From Abditibacterium sp. (GTDB taxonomy: Bacteria > Armatimonadota > Abditibacteriia > Abditibacteriales > Abditibacteriaceae): 64,000 nucleotides of DNA. Where the stretch lies: positions 1,888,001-1,952,000 of the forward strand of contig CBDASK010000003.1 of assembly GCA_965199495.1 (NCBI GenBank). The letters run 5' to 3'. Below, one piece after another: positions 8,702 through 18,419 of the stretch (positions within the stretch are counted from its first letter, which is position 1; the number at the start of each line of letters is the position of its first letter). Both the position numbers and the translations under genes were made by a program. The notes beneath the pieces were generated by a model. The model ran no database searches and was not told where the DNA came from. It saw only the letters and a list, made by a program, of their open reading frames with translations.

Positions 8702-10183
8702 ATGCGTTGGCGCGACCTTTTACAACTCCAAACCGAATCTCCTTTGCCGTCCGATTTCTTCGCGACGCCACGCCGCGTGCATTTCATCGGCGCGGGCGGC
8801 ATCGGCATGAGCGCGCTCGCGTTGCTCCTCCAAGCACGCGGCCACGACGTTTCTGGTTCCGACGAACGCGATGGCGCGATGCAGAATAAATTGCGCGATG
8901 CGGGCGTCTCTGTTCATATCGGCCACGCCGCCGAAAATGTCGCGGGCGCCGAGGCGATTTTTTATTCGTCGGCGATTCCGGGCGATAATCCCGAATGGAT
9001 TGCGGGCCAAAACGCGGGCATTCCGTTTTATCATCGTTCGCAGTTGCTGGCGCACATTTCCAACGCGGCCAAAGTTTCGATTGCGGTTTCGGGCACGCAC
9101 GGCAAAAGCACAACGAGCGCGATGATCGCGCATATTTTGACCGAAACCGGCCACAATCCGACCGCGATTTTGGGCGCGGTTTACTCGCCGTTCGACAGCA
9201 ATTTGCGCATCGGCGACCCCGATTTAGTCGTCGTCGAAGCCGACGAATCGGACGGCTCGTTTACCCTTCTCAAGCCGACGGTTGCGGTCGTTTTGAACGT
9301 CGAACCGGAGCATTTGGAAAACTACGACGAAAGCGAAGACGAACTCTGGCGCGCATTTGAGATGTTTGGCAATGAAGCTGAAGTTTTAGTTCACAATGCC
9401 GACCAATCAGAATTGCGCGGTTTAAGCGAAAGGGATTTCGGATATGGTTTTGAAAACGGAAGTTTGCGAGCCGTTGATATTCAAACCAAAGCCGGAGAAA
9501 CGCAATTTGTCGTTCGTGCCATTCATTCGCCGAAACAAATCGTGGATTCGAACGCGACTTTGCGAGTTCCGGGCAAACACAATGTTTCCAATTCTTTAGC
9601 AGCAATTTTAGCAATTGACGTTGCTTCTTTCGAGCAAGGTTCGATGATTACTCCGCATCCTTTGCACAATGTTGGCAATCCCAAAATCGTGGCCTCCAAA
9701 CTCGAATCTTTCGCCGGAACGTTACGTCGCTTCGAGCGCAAAGGCGAGGCAAATGGCGTGTTGGTTTACGACGATTATGGCCATCATCCAACCGAAGTGC
9801 GCGCGACTTTGGGCGCGGCGAAGGAGTTTTTGAATCGTCCGATTTGCGTGATTTTTCAGCCGCATCGTTATTCGCGTACGCAGGCGCTTTATCGCGATTT
9901 CGGGACGGCGTTCGCCGATGCCGATACGATTATTATCACGCAACTTTATTCGGCGCACGAAGAGTCAATTGCGGGCGTTTCCGGGCGTTTGGTTTTCGAC
10001 GAAGTGCGCGCGCATAATCCCGGCAAACCGGTGTTTTACGCCGAGAACTTGGACGAGGCGTTGGCCGTGGCTGTAGCTAACGTCAAGACGGGCGACGCGT
10101 TGTTGACGATGGGCGCGGGCGACGTAACGACATTGGGATCGCGCGTATTGGAGGCGCTGGAAAAACGTCATACTTCCCTCTAA
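8702..10183 (+). CDS. murC: UDP-N-acetylmuramate--L-alanine ligase
   Basis: HFIGAGGIGMS, GTHGKSTT, EADESDGSF, DDYGHHPTE, FQPHRYSRT, MGAGD. Confidence 0.95.
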   Translation: MRWRDLLQLQTESPLPSDFFATPRRVHFIGAGGIGMSALALLLQARGHDVSGSDERDGAMQNKLRDAGVSVHIGHAAENVAGAEAIFYSSAIPGDNPEWIAGQNAGIPFYHRSQLLAHISNAAKVSIAVSGTHGKSTTSAMIAHILTETGHNPTAILGAVYSPFDSNLRIGDPDLVVVEADESDGSFTLLKPTVAVVLNVEPEHLENYDESEDELWRAFEMFGNEAEVLVHNADQSELRGLSERDFGYGFENGSLRAVDIQTKAGETQFVVRAIHSPKQIVDSNATLRVPGKHNVSNSLAAILAIDVASFEQGSMITPHPLHNVGNPKIVASKLESFAGTLRRFERKGEANGVLVYDDYGHHPTEVRATLGAAKEFLNRPICVIFQPHRYSRTQALYRDFGTAFADADTIIITQLYSAHEESIAGVSGRLVFDEVRAHNPGKPVFYAENLDEALAVAVANVKTGDALLTMGAGDVTTLGSRVLEALEKRHTSL

Positions 10184-10188
10184 CGCCC

Positions 10189-11112
10189 ATGTCCGCCTTC
10201 CAATCGCTGCTTGCCCTGCCCTTCGCGCGCGCCGACGAACTTTTGTCGCGCCACACCACGATTAAAGTTGGCGGCCCGGCGCGCGTCTGGGTCGAGCCAA
10301 ATTCGCCCGACGAATTGGCCTATTTTCTCGAACTCAACGCGCAGGTCGGCGCGCCGCTCTACGTTTTGGGCGCCGGTTCCAACGTCGTGCCCGCCGCCGA
10401 CGGTTACGAAGGCGTCATGCTGCATCTGGGCAAAAATTTCGCTTATAGTCGCGTCGAGCGTAACCGATTATTGGTCGCGGGCGGCGCGGCGATGTTGCCC
10501 AAGTTGACGAGCTTTGCCAACAAATGTAATCTGGGCAATTTCGAGTGGGCGTGCGGCATTCCCGGCAGCGTCGGCGGCAGTTTGTGGGGCAACGCCGGGG
10601 CGCGCGGCTTCAACGGCGAAGGCTTCGAGAGCCGCGACAGCGCCGCCGATTTCGCCGGTTGCGTCGCCTACGACCGCGCCGGAAAACGCGTAGAACTCCA
10701 CCGCGACGATGTCGAATTCGCCTATCGCAAATCGAGTCTGGGCGAACTCATCATCGTCGAAGCAACGTTTGCGCTCAAACCTTTGACAGACGAACAGACT
10801 TTGGAACATAAACAGGCGATTCGCGATTTGCTCGAAAAGCGGCGCAATACGCAACCGGTTTCGGCGGCTTCGGCGGGCTGCATCTGGAAAAATCCCGCCT
10901 CGCCCGACTACGCCGGAGCGGGCGCTTTAATCGAACAATTGGGCCTCAAAACCGAAACTGTCGGCGGCGCTTCGATCAGCGAGATTCACGGCAATTTTTT
11001 AATTAACAATGGCGGCACAGCCGCCGATGTGCGCGAGTTGGCCAGCAAAATTGAAGCGCAGGTCAAAGCGCAAACTGGCATCGAACTGGAACGCGAAGCG
11101 CGGTTTCTTTAA
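10189..11112 (+). CDS. murB: UDP-N-acetylenolpyruvoylglucosamine reductase
   Basis: HTTIKVGGPA, LGAGSN, GIPGSVGG...NAGA, SAGCIWKNP, HGNFLIN, LERE. Confidence 0.93.
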   Translation: MSAFQSLLALPFARADELLSRHTTIKVGGPARVWVEPNSPDELAYFLELNAQVGAPLYVLGAGSNVVPAADGYEGVMLHLGKNFAYSRVERNRLLVAGGAAMLPKLTSFANKCNLGNFEWACGIPGSVGGSLWGNAGARGFNGEGFESRDSAADFAGCVAYDRAGKRVELHRDDVEFAYRKSSLGELIIVEATFALKPLTDEQTLEHKQAIRDLLEKRRNTQPVSAASAGCIWKNPASPDYAGAGALIEQLGLKTETVGGASISEIHGNFLINNGGTAADVRELASKIEAQVKAQTGIELEREARFL

Positions 11113-11113
11113 A

Positions 11114-11202
11114 GTGACAGGGAGCAAGGGACAAGGATTCGCGCGAGTCGAGTTCCAGCGCTTTGAGTGATCCTGTTCCTTGTCCCTTGTTCCCTGCCCC
11201 TT
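11114..11202. repeat. Inverted pair of degenerate heptamer tandem arrays between murB and ddl
   Basis: gtgacag ggagcaa gggacaa ... cctgttc cttgtcc cttgttc cctgccc. Confidence 0.65.
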
Positions 11203-11210
11203 ACCAAACA

Positions 11211-12215
11211 ATGCAAAATCAACAACAAACTGTCGCCGTTTTAATGGGCGGCGATTCTTCCGAACGCCCCGTTTCGTTTTCGTCGGGCCGCGCCGTGGCT
11301 GATGCTCTGGCCGATGCCGGTTACACCATCACTTGTTTCGATGTGTCGGATCAAGGCTATCGCGGCGACATTTCGCGCGCCGATGCGATGGGTCGCCGTC
11401 CGCGCCACGCGATTTTCCCGCTCGCGTGGGATCATCTGGTCACCGCACTTTATACCAACGGTTTCAACGCGATTTTCCCGGTTTTACACGGCGGGCGCGG
11501 CGAAGATGGCACGCTGCAAACTCTGCTCGAAGTCGGCGGTTTGCCGTTCGTCGGTTCTGGGGCGCGCGCCTGCGCTATCGCGATTGATAAACCGCTCGCC
11601 AAAGCCTATTTGCGCGATTTTAACATCCAATCGCCGCGCGGCGTTTACGTTTCGGATGTGGACGAATTGACCGACGAAATCTCCATTCCCTGCGCGATTA
11701 AACCGGCGAGCGGCGGCAGTTCGGTCGGCACCACTATTTTGAAAAGCGGAACAACCGACGATTTGCGCGGCGCCGTCGCGCGCGCGCTGACTGATGGTTC
11801 GGGCGCTTTAGTTGAAAAATTGATCGAAGGCGTCGAAGTGACGTGCGCCGTAATGGGCGAGGGCGAAGCAGCCACGGCGCTGCCGGTGATTGAAATTGTG
11901 CCGCAAAAGGGCGGCGGATTTTACGATTTCGAGGCCAAATACAGCGCGGGCGGCTCCGATCATTTGATTCCACCGCGCTTATCGGATGAAGTTCAAGCAC
12001 AAATCCGCGCGCAATCCGAGAAAGTCCATCGCGCTTTGGGTTGTCGCGGCGTGACGCGTTGCGACTGGATCGTCAACGACGATGGTTTATGGTTTTTGGA
12101 AATCAATACCACGCCCGGCATGACCGAGACTTCGCTTGTGCCCGACGCCGCGCGCGCGCTGGGCATCGAATTTTCGCAGTTGGTCGGTGATTTAATCAAA
12201 AGTGCCGTCCGCTAA
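11211..12215 (+). CDS. ddl: D-alanine--D-alanine ligase
   Basis: MGGDSSER, LHGGRGEDG, KPASGGSSVG, FYDFEAKY, LEINTTPGMTETS; start set at ATG 11211. Confidence 0.93.
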   Translation: MQNQQQTVAVLMGGDSSERPVSFSSGRAVADALADAGYTITCFDVSDQGYRGDISRADAMGRRPRHAIFPLAWDHLVTALYTNGFNAIFPVLHGGRGEDGTLQTLLEVGGLPFVGSGARACAIAIDKPLAKAYLRDFNIQSPRGVYVSDVDELTDEISIPCAIKPASGGSSVGTTILKSGTTDDLRGAVARALTDGSGALVEKLIEGVEVTCAVMGEGEAATALPVIEIVPQKGGGFYDFEAKYSAGGSDHLIPPRLSDEVQAQIRAQSEKVHRALGCRGVTRCDWIVNDDGLWFLEINTTPGMTETSLVPDAARALGIEFSQLVGDLIKSAVR

Positions 12216-12236
12216 CGCATCAATTTTCCCAACTTC

Positions 12237-13403
12237 GTGAAGCCCCACATTTGTTATCTGCTGCCGCCCTTCGAGCATTATTCGCCGTCGTCGGGCGGCG
12301 CTTTAGCGACGATTGTGCTCAATCACCGCCGCGAACTGCTCAAACGCGGTTATCGCGTCAGCGTGCTGGCTCCCGAATTTGAAGGCGAAAAGTATCGCGA
12401 CGAGAACATCGAATTCTTGAAGATTAAACAGCGCGCCGATTTAAATATCGCTCAACGTTTTTTTTCTTCAAGAATTCGCGGGCAATTCAAACATTATGAT
12501 TTGCCTTATTACGAATATTATCTGAGATTAATCAAACCAGCCTTGCGAGAAATTAAAGCTGATATTATCATCGCGTTCAACGATTTTTCTTCTTCCTACG
12601 AAATCAAAAGTGTTTTGCCGAATGCGCAAGTTATTATTTATCTACAAAACGAGCATTCGCGCATTCGTCAATCGGAAACCTATTTAAACAGGAATCTCGA
12701 TGCGACCGATCAAATCTGGGGAGTTAGCGATTACATCAGCGACCGCACCAAAACCGATTTTCCGCGCGCAGCAAATAAAATTTCGACTTTATATAACGGC
12801 GTTGACAACCAAACATTTTTCCCACGCGAAAACAACTTGCAATCGTCCGATTTAAATGCTCCAATTCACGTGATTTACGTTGGTCGCACCGACGCGACTA
12901 AAGGCACCGATTTGGTGCCGCGCGCCGTTTCTCAACTGAAATCTGAAGGTGAAAATGTCGAATTAACTATCGCTGGCTCGACGTGGTTTTACGATCACGA
13001 GAAACAAAACGCGCGGCCTTATATTCGCGAACTGCGCGCAGCGATGGACGCGGCGGGCGCCAATTATCTGGGTCACGTCGCGCGCCCTGATTTGCCCGCG
13101 CTACTTCGTCAGGCCGACGTGGCTTGTGTTCCCTCACGGTTCAATGAACCTTTCGGTTTAACCGCGCTCGAAGGCATGGCTTCGGGTTGCGCGACCATCG
13201 TTTCCAATCGCGGCGGCTTGCCCGAATTTTGCGCGGGCGCGGCCTTAGTCATCGAACCCGACGCGCCCGACGAATTTACCGACGCTTTGCGCCGGTTAGT
13301 GCGCGACCGGGCTTTGCTCAATCGCTATAAAGAATTGGGCCGCGCTCGCGCGTTAGAATACGATTGGAGCGTCGCGGTTGACCGGTTGGAAACTTTAATT
13401 TAA
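12237..13403 (+). CDS. Glycosyltransferase family 4
   Basis: YNGVD, YVGR...KG, PSRFNEPFGLTALEGMASG. Confidence 0.88.
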   Translation: MKPHICYLLPPFEHYSPSSGGALATIVLNHRRELLKRGYRVSVLAPEFEGEKYRDENIEFLKIKQRADLNIAQRFFSSRIRGQFKHYDLPYYEYYLRLIKPALREIKADIIIAFNDFSSSYEIKSVLPNAQVIIYLQNEHSRIRQSETYLNRNLDATDQIWGVSDYISDRTKTDFPRAANKISTLYNGVDNQTFFPRENNLQSSDLNAPIHVIYVGRTDATKGTDLVPRAVSQLKSEGENVELTIAGSTWFYDHEKQNARPYIRELRAAMDAAGANYLGHVARPDLPALLRQADVACVPSRFNEPFGLTALEGMASGCATIVSNRGGLPEFCAGAALVIEPDAPDEFTDALRRLVRDRALLNRYKELGRARALEYDWSVAVDRLETLI

Positions 13404-13414
13404 TCCGACTAAAT

Positions 13415-14371
13415 TTATCGCTGCGGCAAATTTTCGACGTTGTTTAAAAACCAATCGTAAGTGCTTTGGACGCCCGAACGCAAATCAATATTCGCTTTCC
13501 AACCCAAATCATTAATTTGCGAAACGTCCATCAATTTGCGCGGCGTGCCATCGGGTTTGGAGGCGTCGAAGGCTAATTCGCCCTCGAAACCGACGATTTC
13601 GCGAATCAACAGTGCCAGATCGCGAATCGAAATATCTTCGCCATAACCGACGTTAAGCGGGCCGGGCGCGGAAAAATTTTCCATCAAAAACAGACAGGCT
13701 TGCGCCAAATCTTGCGAATGCAAAAATTCGCGCAATGGCGTGCCACTGCCCCAGATAGCCACGTCGGGCGACTGGTTGATTTTGGCCTCGTGCATTTTGC
13801 GCATCATCGCGGGCAAAACGTGCGAGTTTTTCAAATCGAAATTGTCAAATGGGCCATACAAATTGGTCGGCATCGCCGAAATAAAATCGTCGCCGTATTG
13901 AACGCGATACGAATCGCACAATTCAATCGCCGCGATCTTAGCCACGGCGTAGGCGCGATTGGTCGCTTCGAGCGGCCCGGTGAGTAGCGCCGATTCCCGC
14001 AAAGGCTGCGGCGCTAATTTCGGATAAATACAACTCGAACCCAGATTGAGAAGTTTGCGCACGCCAGTTTGGTGCGCCGCCTCGATGACGTTGGCGGCGA
14101 TCATCAAATTGTCGTAGATGAACTGCGCCGGATAAGTCGAGTTCGCCAAAATGCCACCCACGCGCGCGGCGGCGAGCAGAACGTAAACCGGTTTTTCTTC
14201 GGCAAAAAACGAGTTGACCGAGCTTTGATTTCGCAAATCAAGTTCGCCCGACGTGCGCGTGACGATGTTAGTAAAGCCCGCGTTTTGCAGTTGGCGCAGC
14301 AAAGCGCCGCCGACGAGGCCGCGATGGCCAGCCAGATAAATTTTCGCGTCGCGATCCAATTGTTGAGACAT
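13415..14371 (-). CDS. fcl: GDP-L-fucose synthase
   Basis: AGHRGLVG, AARVGGI, LGSSCIYP, YAVAK, MPTNLYGP, KPDGTPRK. Confidence 0.95.
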   Translation of the reverse strand: MSQQLDRDAKIYLAGHRGLVGGALLRQLQNAGFTNIVTRTSGELDLRNQSSVNSFFAEEKPVYVLLAAARVGGILANSTYPAQFIYDNLMIAANVIEAAHQTGVRKLLNLGSSCIYPKLAPQPLRESALLTGPLEATNRAYAVAKIAAIELCDSYRVQYGDDFISAMPTNLYGPFDNFDLKNSHVLPAMMRKMHEAKINQSPDVAIWGSGTPLREFLHSQDLAQACLFLMENFSAPGPLNVGYGEDISIRDLALLIREIVGFEGELAFDASKPDGTPRKLMDVSQINDLGWKANIDLRSGVQSTYDWFLNNVENLPQR

Positions 14372-14433
14372 GGGAAAAGGATGAAGGATAAAATGGGACT
14401 AAAAAAATTTCATCCTTCAGCCTTCATCTTCTC
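14372..14433. repeat. Inverted heptamer repeats (ggatgaa / ttcatcc) between gmd and fcl
   Basis: ggatgaa ggataaa ... tttcatc cttcagc cttcatc. Confidence 0.55.
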
Positions 14434-15495
14434 CTAAATATCGGCGGGCACCGGATAAATTTCGCTGACAGTCGGCACGGGCTGGCCATCCATATCGGCG
14501 ATGATTTTTTCGCGGCGTGCCACTTCCATATCGGCCTCGACCATTTCGCGCACCAGTTCATCAAAGCTGGTTTTGGGGCGCCAATCCAACTCGGAAAACG
14601 TGTCGGTCGGGTCGCCCAATAAATACTCGACTTCGGCGGGGCGGAAGAATCGCTCGTCCACTTCGACGTATTTTTCCCAATCCAAATCTACGAGTGCAAA
14701 CGCTTTTTCGGCGAACTCGCGCACCGAGTAAGCCTTGCCGGTGGCTACCACGTAGTCGCGCGCGGTGTGATGCTGCAACATCGCGTGCATGCCTTCGACG
14801 TAATCGCGCGCGTGGCCCCAGTCGCGTTTCGCGTCCAAGTTGCCCAGATACAACTTCTTCTGCAAACCGTGCCGGATGCGTCCCACAGCTAAAGTTATTT
14901 TTCGCGTTACAAAATTGTCACCCCGACGCGGGCTTTCGTGATTAAAAAGTACGCCGTTGACCGCGAACATGTCGTAGCTTTCGCGGTGATTGACGGTTTG
15001 CCAGAAGCCGTAAACTTTGGCGCACGCGTAAGGACTGCGCGGGTGAAACGGCGTGTGCAGCGATTGCGGCGGCGGCGCGCTACCGAACATTTCCGAACTC
15101 GACGCCTGATAAAACTTGATTTGTTTTCCAGTCAAATCCTGCGTTTCGCGAATTGCTTCGAGCAAGCGCAACACGCCCACGCCGGTCACGTCGGCGGTAT
15201 ATTCGGTCTGATCCCACGAAACTTTGACGTGCGATTGGGCAGCCAGATTATAAACCTCGTCTGGTTTAATTTGGCCCATCAAACGCGACAAACCAGCCGA
15301 ATCAGACAAGTCGCCCAGATGCAATTGCAAGTTGGGATGCTGATTTTCGTCGAGCAGATGGGCGATGCGTCCGGTCGTGACGGTCGAAGCGCGGCGGATG
15401 AGGCCGTGAACTTGATAACCCTTGTCGAGCAGCAGTTCGGCCAAATAAGACCCGTCCTGCCCGGTGATTCCAGTAATGAGTGCGGTGCGATTCAT
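14434..15495 (-). CDS. gmd: GDP-mannose 4,6-dehydratase
   Basis: ALITGITGQDGSYLAE, NLAAQSHV, QASSSEMFG, SPYACAK, FNHESPRRG, RDWGHA. Confidence 0.96.
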   Translation of the reverse strand: MNRTALITGITGQDGSYLAELLLDKGYQVHGLIRRASTVTTGRIAHLLDENQHPNLQLHLGDLSDSAGLSRLMGQIKPDEVYNLAAQSHVKVSWDQTEYTADVTGVGVLRLLEAIRETQDLTGKQIKFYQASSSEMFGSAPPPQSLHTPFHPRSPYACAKVYGFWQTVNHRESYDMFAVNGVLFNHESPRRGDNFVTRKITLAVGRIRHGLQKKLYLGNLDAKRDWGHARDYVEGMHAMLQHHTARDYVVATGKAYSVREFAEKAFALVDLDWEKYVEVDERFFRPAEVEYLLGDPTDTFSELDWRPKTSFDELVREMVEADMEVARREKIIADMDGQPVPTVSEIYPVPADI

Positions 15496-15601
15496 AGATA
15501 TAGCCCTCGAACGGGCACAGATTTAACCTTTGTTAAGCGTTGCAAGTTAGACGGTTTTACAATCGGGCGTCAAGGTTATTTTCGCATTAACTGCGTTCTT
15601 T

Positions 15602-16252
15602 CTATTGTGGCGAAGCGGAACTTGGCGGCGCGTTTCTCAATTCGCGCTTTTTAATGAAGCGCGCCGGGTTACCACCGACGACAACCCACGGCTCGACATC
15701 GCGGTAAACGCTGGAGCGCGCGCCGACGACGGCGCCCTCGCCAATCGTGACGCCCGGCCCGATGAAAACATCGGCGAAAATCCACGCGCCCGCCTTGATA
15801 ACGATGGGCGCCGAAGTCAGGGCGCCCGCCGGGTCGGTGATGTCGTGCGAGGCGCTGCACAAAAAGCAATACTGGCTGACCGTCGCACCCTTTTCCAGCG
15901 TGATGGGCGCCACGCAATAACAATCTACATCGTTGGCCAGAGTCGAGCGCGCCTCCATCGTCAGGTTCCACGGCGCCCAGAATTTGACGTTAGGATAGAT
16001 GTGCGCGCCGCGCCCGATGCGCGCGCCAAACAAACGCAACAACCACGCGCGCCAGCCGAACAACAATCGTGGCGAAGGCCGAAACAAAAACAGCCAGACC
16101 CAGCCCCACAACACGCGCAACACTTTGTTCTTGAGCGAGTGCGGATTGGCGAACTCTTGCAGCTGATCAAGCGAAGGCGCCGTCGAAGTTGCATCCTTTG
16201 GCGGCGCATCCGCCGTGGGCGAAACGGCGGCGGCAGAAGCGGTGGAATCCAT
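15602..16252 (-). CDS. WcaF-like polysaccharide acetyltransferase (left-handed beta-helix)
   Basis: LFRPSP...WRAWLLRLFGA, PWNL, SASHD, hexapeptide repeats, GNPA. Confidence 0.85.
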   Translation of the reverse strand: MDSTASAAAVSPTADAPPKDATSTAPSLDQLQEFANPHSLKNKVLRVLWGWVWLFLFRPSPRLLFGWRAWLLRLFGARIGRGAHIYPNVKFWAPWNLTMEARSTLANDVDCYCVAPITLEKGATVSQYCFLCSASHDITDPAGALTSAPIVIKAGAWIFADVFIGPGVTIGEGAVVGARSSVYRDVEPWVVVGGNPARFIKKRELRNAPPSSASPQ

Positions 16253-16385
16253 CAGTGTGAGTTTAAATCGTCGGAAAAAAGAAGCGCGGGAAATTCAACT
16301 CAAACCAGCGAATGAATTCGCTCGACAGGAGACAAAATATCGCCCAACATCTTTCTAATAACTTAGTTTGTCACAGTCGCGGCAC

Positions 16386-17621
16386 TCAAGCCACCGGGCC
16401 GGTGACCTCGTGAAAAATTTGCGACATGGTGGCGGCGTTGGCATCCCAAGTCAATTTCTCATTCGATAACGCTTTAGAGTTGGCGCCAAAGCGTTCGCGC
16501 AAGGCGTCGTCGGTGAGCAATTTCTCCAACATGCCCGCCGTGGCTGCACTGTCGTGGGGCGGCACTTTGAAACCTTGAACGCCATCTTCCAACACGTCGT
16601 TGATGCCGCTATCGTCGGGCCAGATTAGCGGTTTGCCCGCCGCCAGAGCTTCTAAAATTACCGTCGGAAACGGGTCGTCGCGCGAGATTAACGCGAAAAT
16701 ATCGGCCCAGACCATTTCCTGCATCAACGTTTCGTGCGACAACGCGCCCGCCATTTGCACGCGCTTTTCCAAATTCAATTGAGCAATCGCCGCCTCAATG
16801 TTGGGGCGGTCGCTGCCGTCGCCCACGATGCGCAGAATTGTGTTGGGAAAGCGCGCCTCGATTTTTGCCCACGCGTGAACAAGGGGCACGAAACCTTTGG
16901 ACGGATACAAAATGCTGGCACCTAAAATCACGCGTTTGCCGATGATTTCGGGTGGACGCGGCGCGCTGAGTTGCGCTGCAGTCGGAGTTTGGGCGCCGTT
17001 ATGAACCGTCGCGGTTTGGGCGCACGGAAAAATGCGTTTGGTGTCCTGCTCCATGCGAGTCGCCACGGCGACCATCTTCGCGCTGCCATTGATGACGCGC
17101 TCGAAGGTTTGAAAGCGCGCGGGCATAGTTTCGCAATCGATAATTTCGCTAAATAGATGATCGGTGACGACATAGGGCACGCCAAAACGCCGCTTGAGGT
17201 GCATCGCCAAATAGCCGTTGGCGCCGGTGTGATGCGCGAAAATCACGTCCGGCTTGTATTCGCGCATCACGCGCTCCAAAGCGCGCCGCGCGCTGATCCA
17301 GCCCAAACGCAAAAACGGTTCGGGATGGCGATAATTCAGGCCCAGATTAGTGTGCCCCATCGGATAGACCAGCCAGTGCGGATAATCCACGCGCAAGCCG
17401 TCCCAATCGTAGTTCGGCGGGCAATCCGAATAGGCGCGCGCGCCTTTTTTAATCGCGCCGACAAAACGCGGAATGTAGGCGTTGCACGAGACCACGCGCA
17501 CTTCCAAATCTTCGCGCCGCGCCAACGCTTTGGCCTGCTCCAACGCCCAAGTGCCAATTAAGGGATTGCCGGGTTTGGGGAAATAAGCGGCCAGAAACAG
17601 CACGCGCAGGGGACGTTTCAT
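16386..17621 (-). CDS. Glycosyltransferase family 4
   Basis: PDVIFAH, HNG, KG, DPFPTVILEALAAGKP. Confidence 0.85.
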   Translation of the reverse strand: MKRPLRVLFLAAYFPKPGNPLIGTWALEQAKALARREDLEVRVVSCNAYIPRFVGAIKKGARAYSDCPPNYDWDGLRVDYPHWLVYPMGHTNLGLNYRHPEPFLRLGWISARRALERVMREYKPDVIFAHHTGANGYLAMHLKRRFGVPYVVTDHLFSEIIDCETMPARFQTFERVINGSAKMVAVATRMEQDTKRIFPCAQTATVHNGAQTPTAAQLSAPRPPEIIGKRVILGASILYPSKGFVPLVHAWAKIEARFPNTILRIVGDGSDRPNIEAAIAQLNLEKRVQMAGALSHETLMQEMVWADIFALISRDDPFPTVILEALAAGKPLIWPDDSGINDVLEDGVQGFKVPPHDSAATAGMLEKLLTDDALRERFGANSKALSNEKLTWDANAATMSQIFHEVTGPVA

Positions 17622-17832
17622 GCGGGATGAGAATAAAAAGGCAGTGTTGCAATGTTTTGGTCGTTCGCACCAGAGCGCGCGGCTCCAAACGCGACAAGAA
17701 CCGGCGTTTCACGGCGAATATTGGGAGTTTTTGTGTCCCTCAGGCTTTTGAGTCAGACTTTCTAACCCTGTCAAGTTTTTGATTTACTTTCACGACCATG
17801 TTCTATTTTCCAGTTGCCGCGAGGCTTTTCCG

Positions 17833-18417
17833 ATGAACCGCGATGCCTTTATTAATCGGGCGCTGCGGTTGCCCGGTTCGATGCGGATGCGCGCGCGCAT
17901 TCGGATGTGGCGCGCGATGGGCGCGCGCATTGGCCCCGGTTGCTGGATTCGCGATGTGCAAGTGCCCGCCAATCCGTGGAATATCGAACTGGCCGAAGGC
18001 GTGATGCTGGAGCAAGATGTCGCGCTCATCACTCTCGAAACGCGCCGTGCGCGACCGGCTATTTCGTTGGGCCAAGCCGTTTTCATCAACCGGTTTACCG
18101 TTCTCGACGCTGCCGAACACATCGAAATCGGCGCTTATACCATGATTGGGCCGCTCTGTTTTTTGACCGATCACGATCATGGCACCGAACCGGGCACGTT
18201 GAGCCGCGATCAAGAGCCGGTTGTCGCGCCGCTCATCATCGGCTCGAACGTTTGGATCGGCGCGGGCGCGCTGATTCTCAAAGGCGTCACCATCGGCGAC
18301 AACGCGGTTATTGGCGCGGGCGCCGTCGTCACCCGCGATGTGGCGCCCGGCGCGCGCGTTGTCGGCGTGCCCGCGCGCGCTCTGGCGGCGCGCGATGTCG
18401 CCCCCGAAACTCGCTGA
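17833..18417 (+). CDS. Hexapeptide-repeat acyltransferase
   Basis: TDHDH, VWIGAGALILKGVTIGDNAVIGAGAVV, GVPAR; start set at ATG 17833. Confidence 0.85.
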   Translation: MNRDAFINRALRLPGSMRMRARIRMWRAMGARIGPGCWIRDVQVPANPWNIELAEGVMLEQDVALITLETRRARPAISLGQAVFINRFTVLDAAEHIEIGAYTMIGPLCFLTDHDHGTEPGTLSRDQEPVVAPLIIGSNVWIGAGALILKGVTIGDNAVIGAGAVVTRDVAPGARVVGVPARALAARDVAPETR

Positions 18418-18419
18418 AT

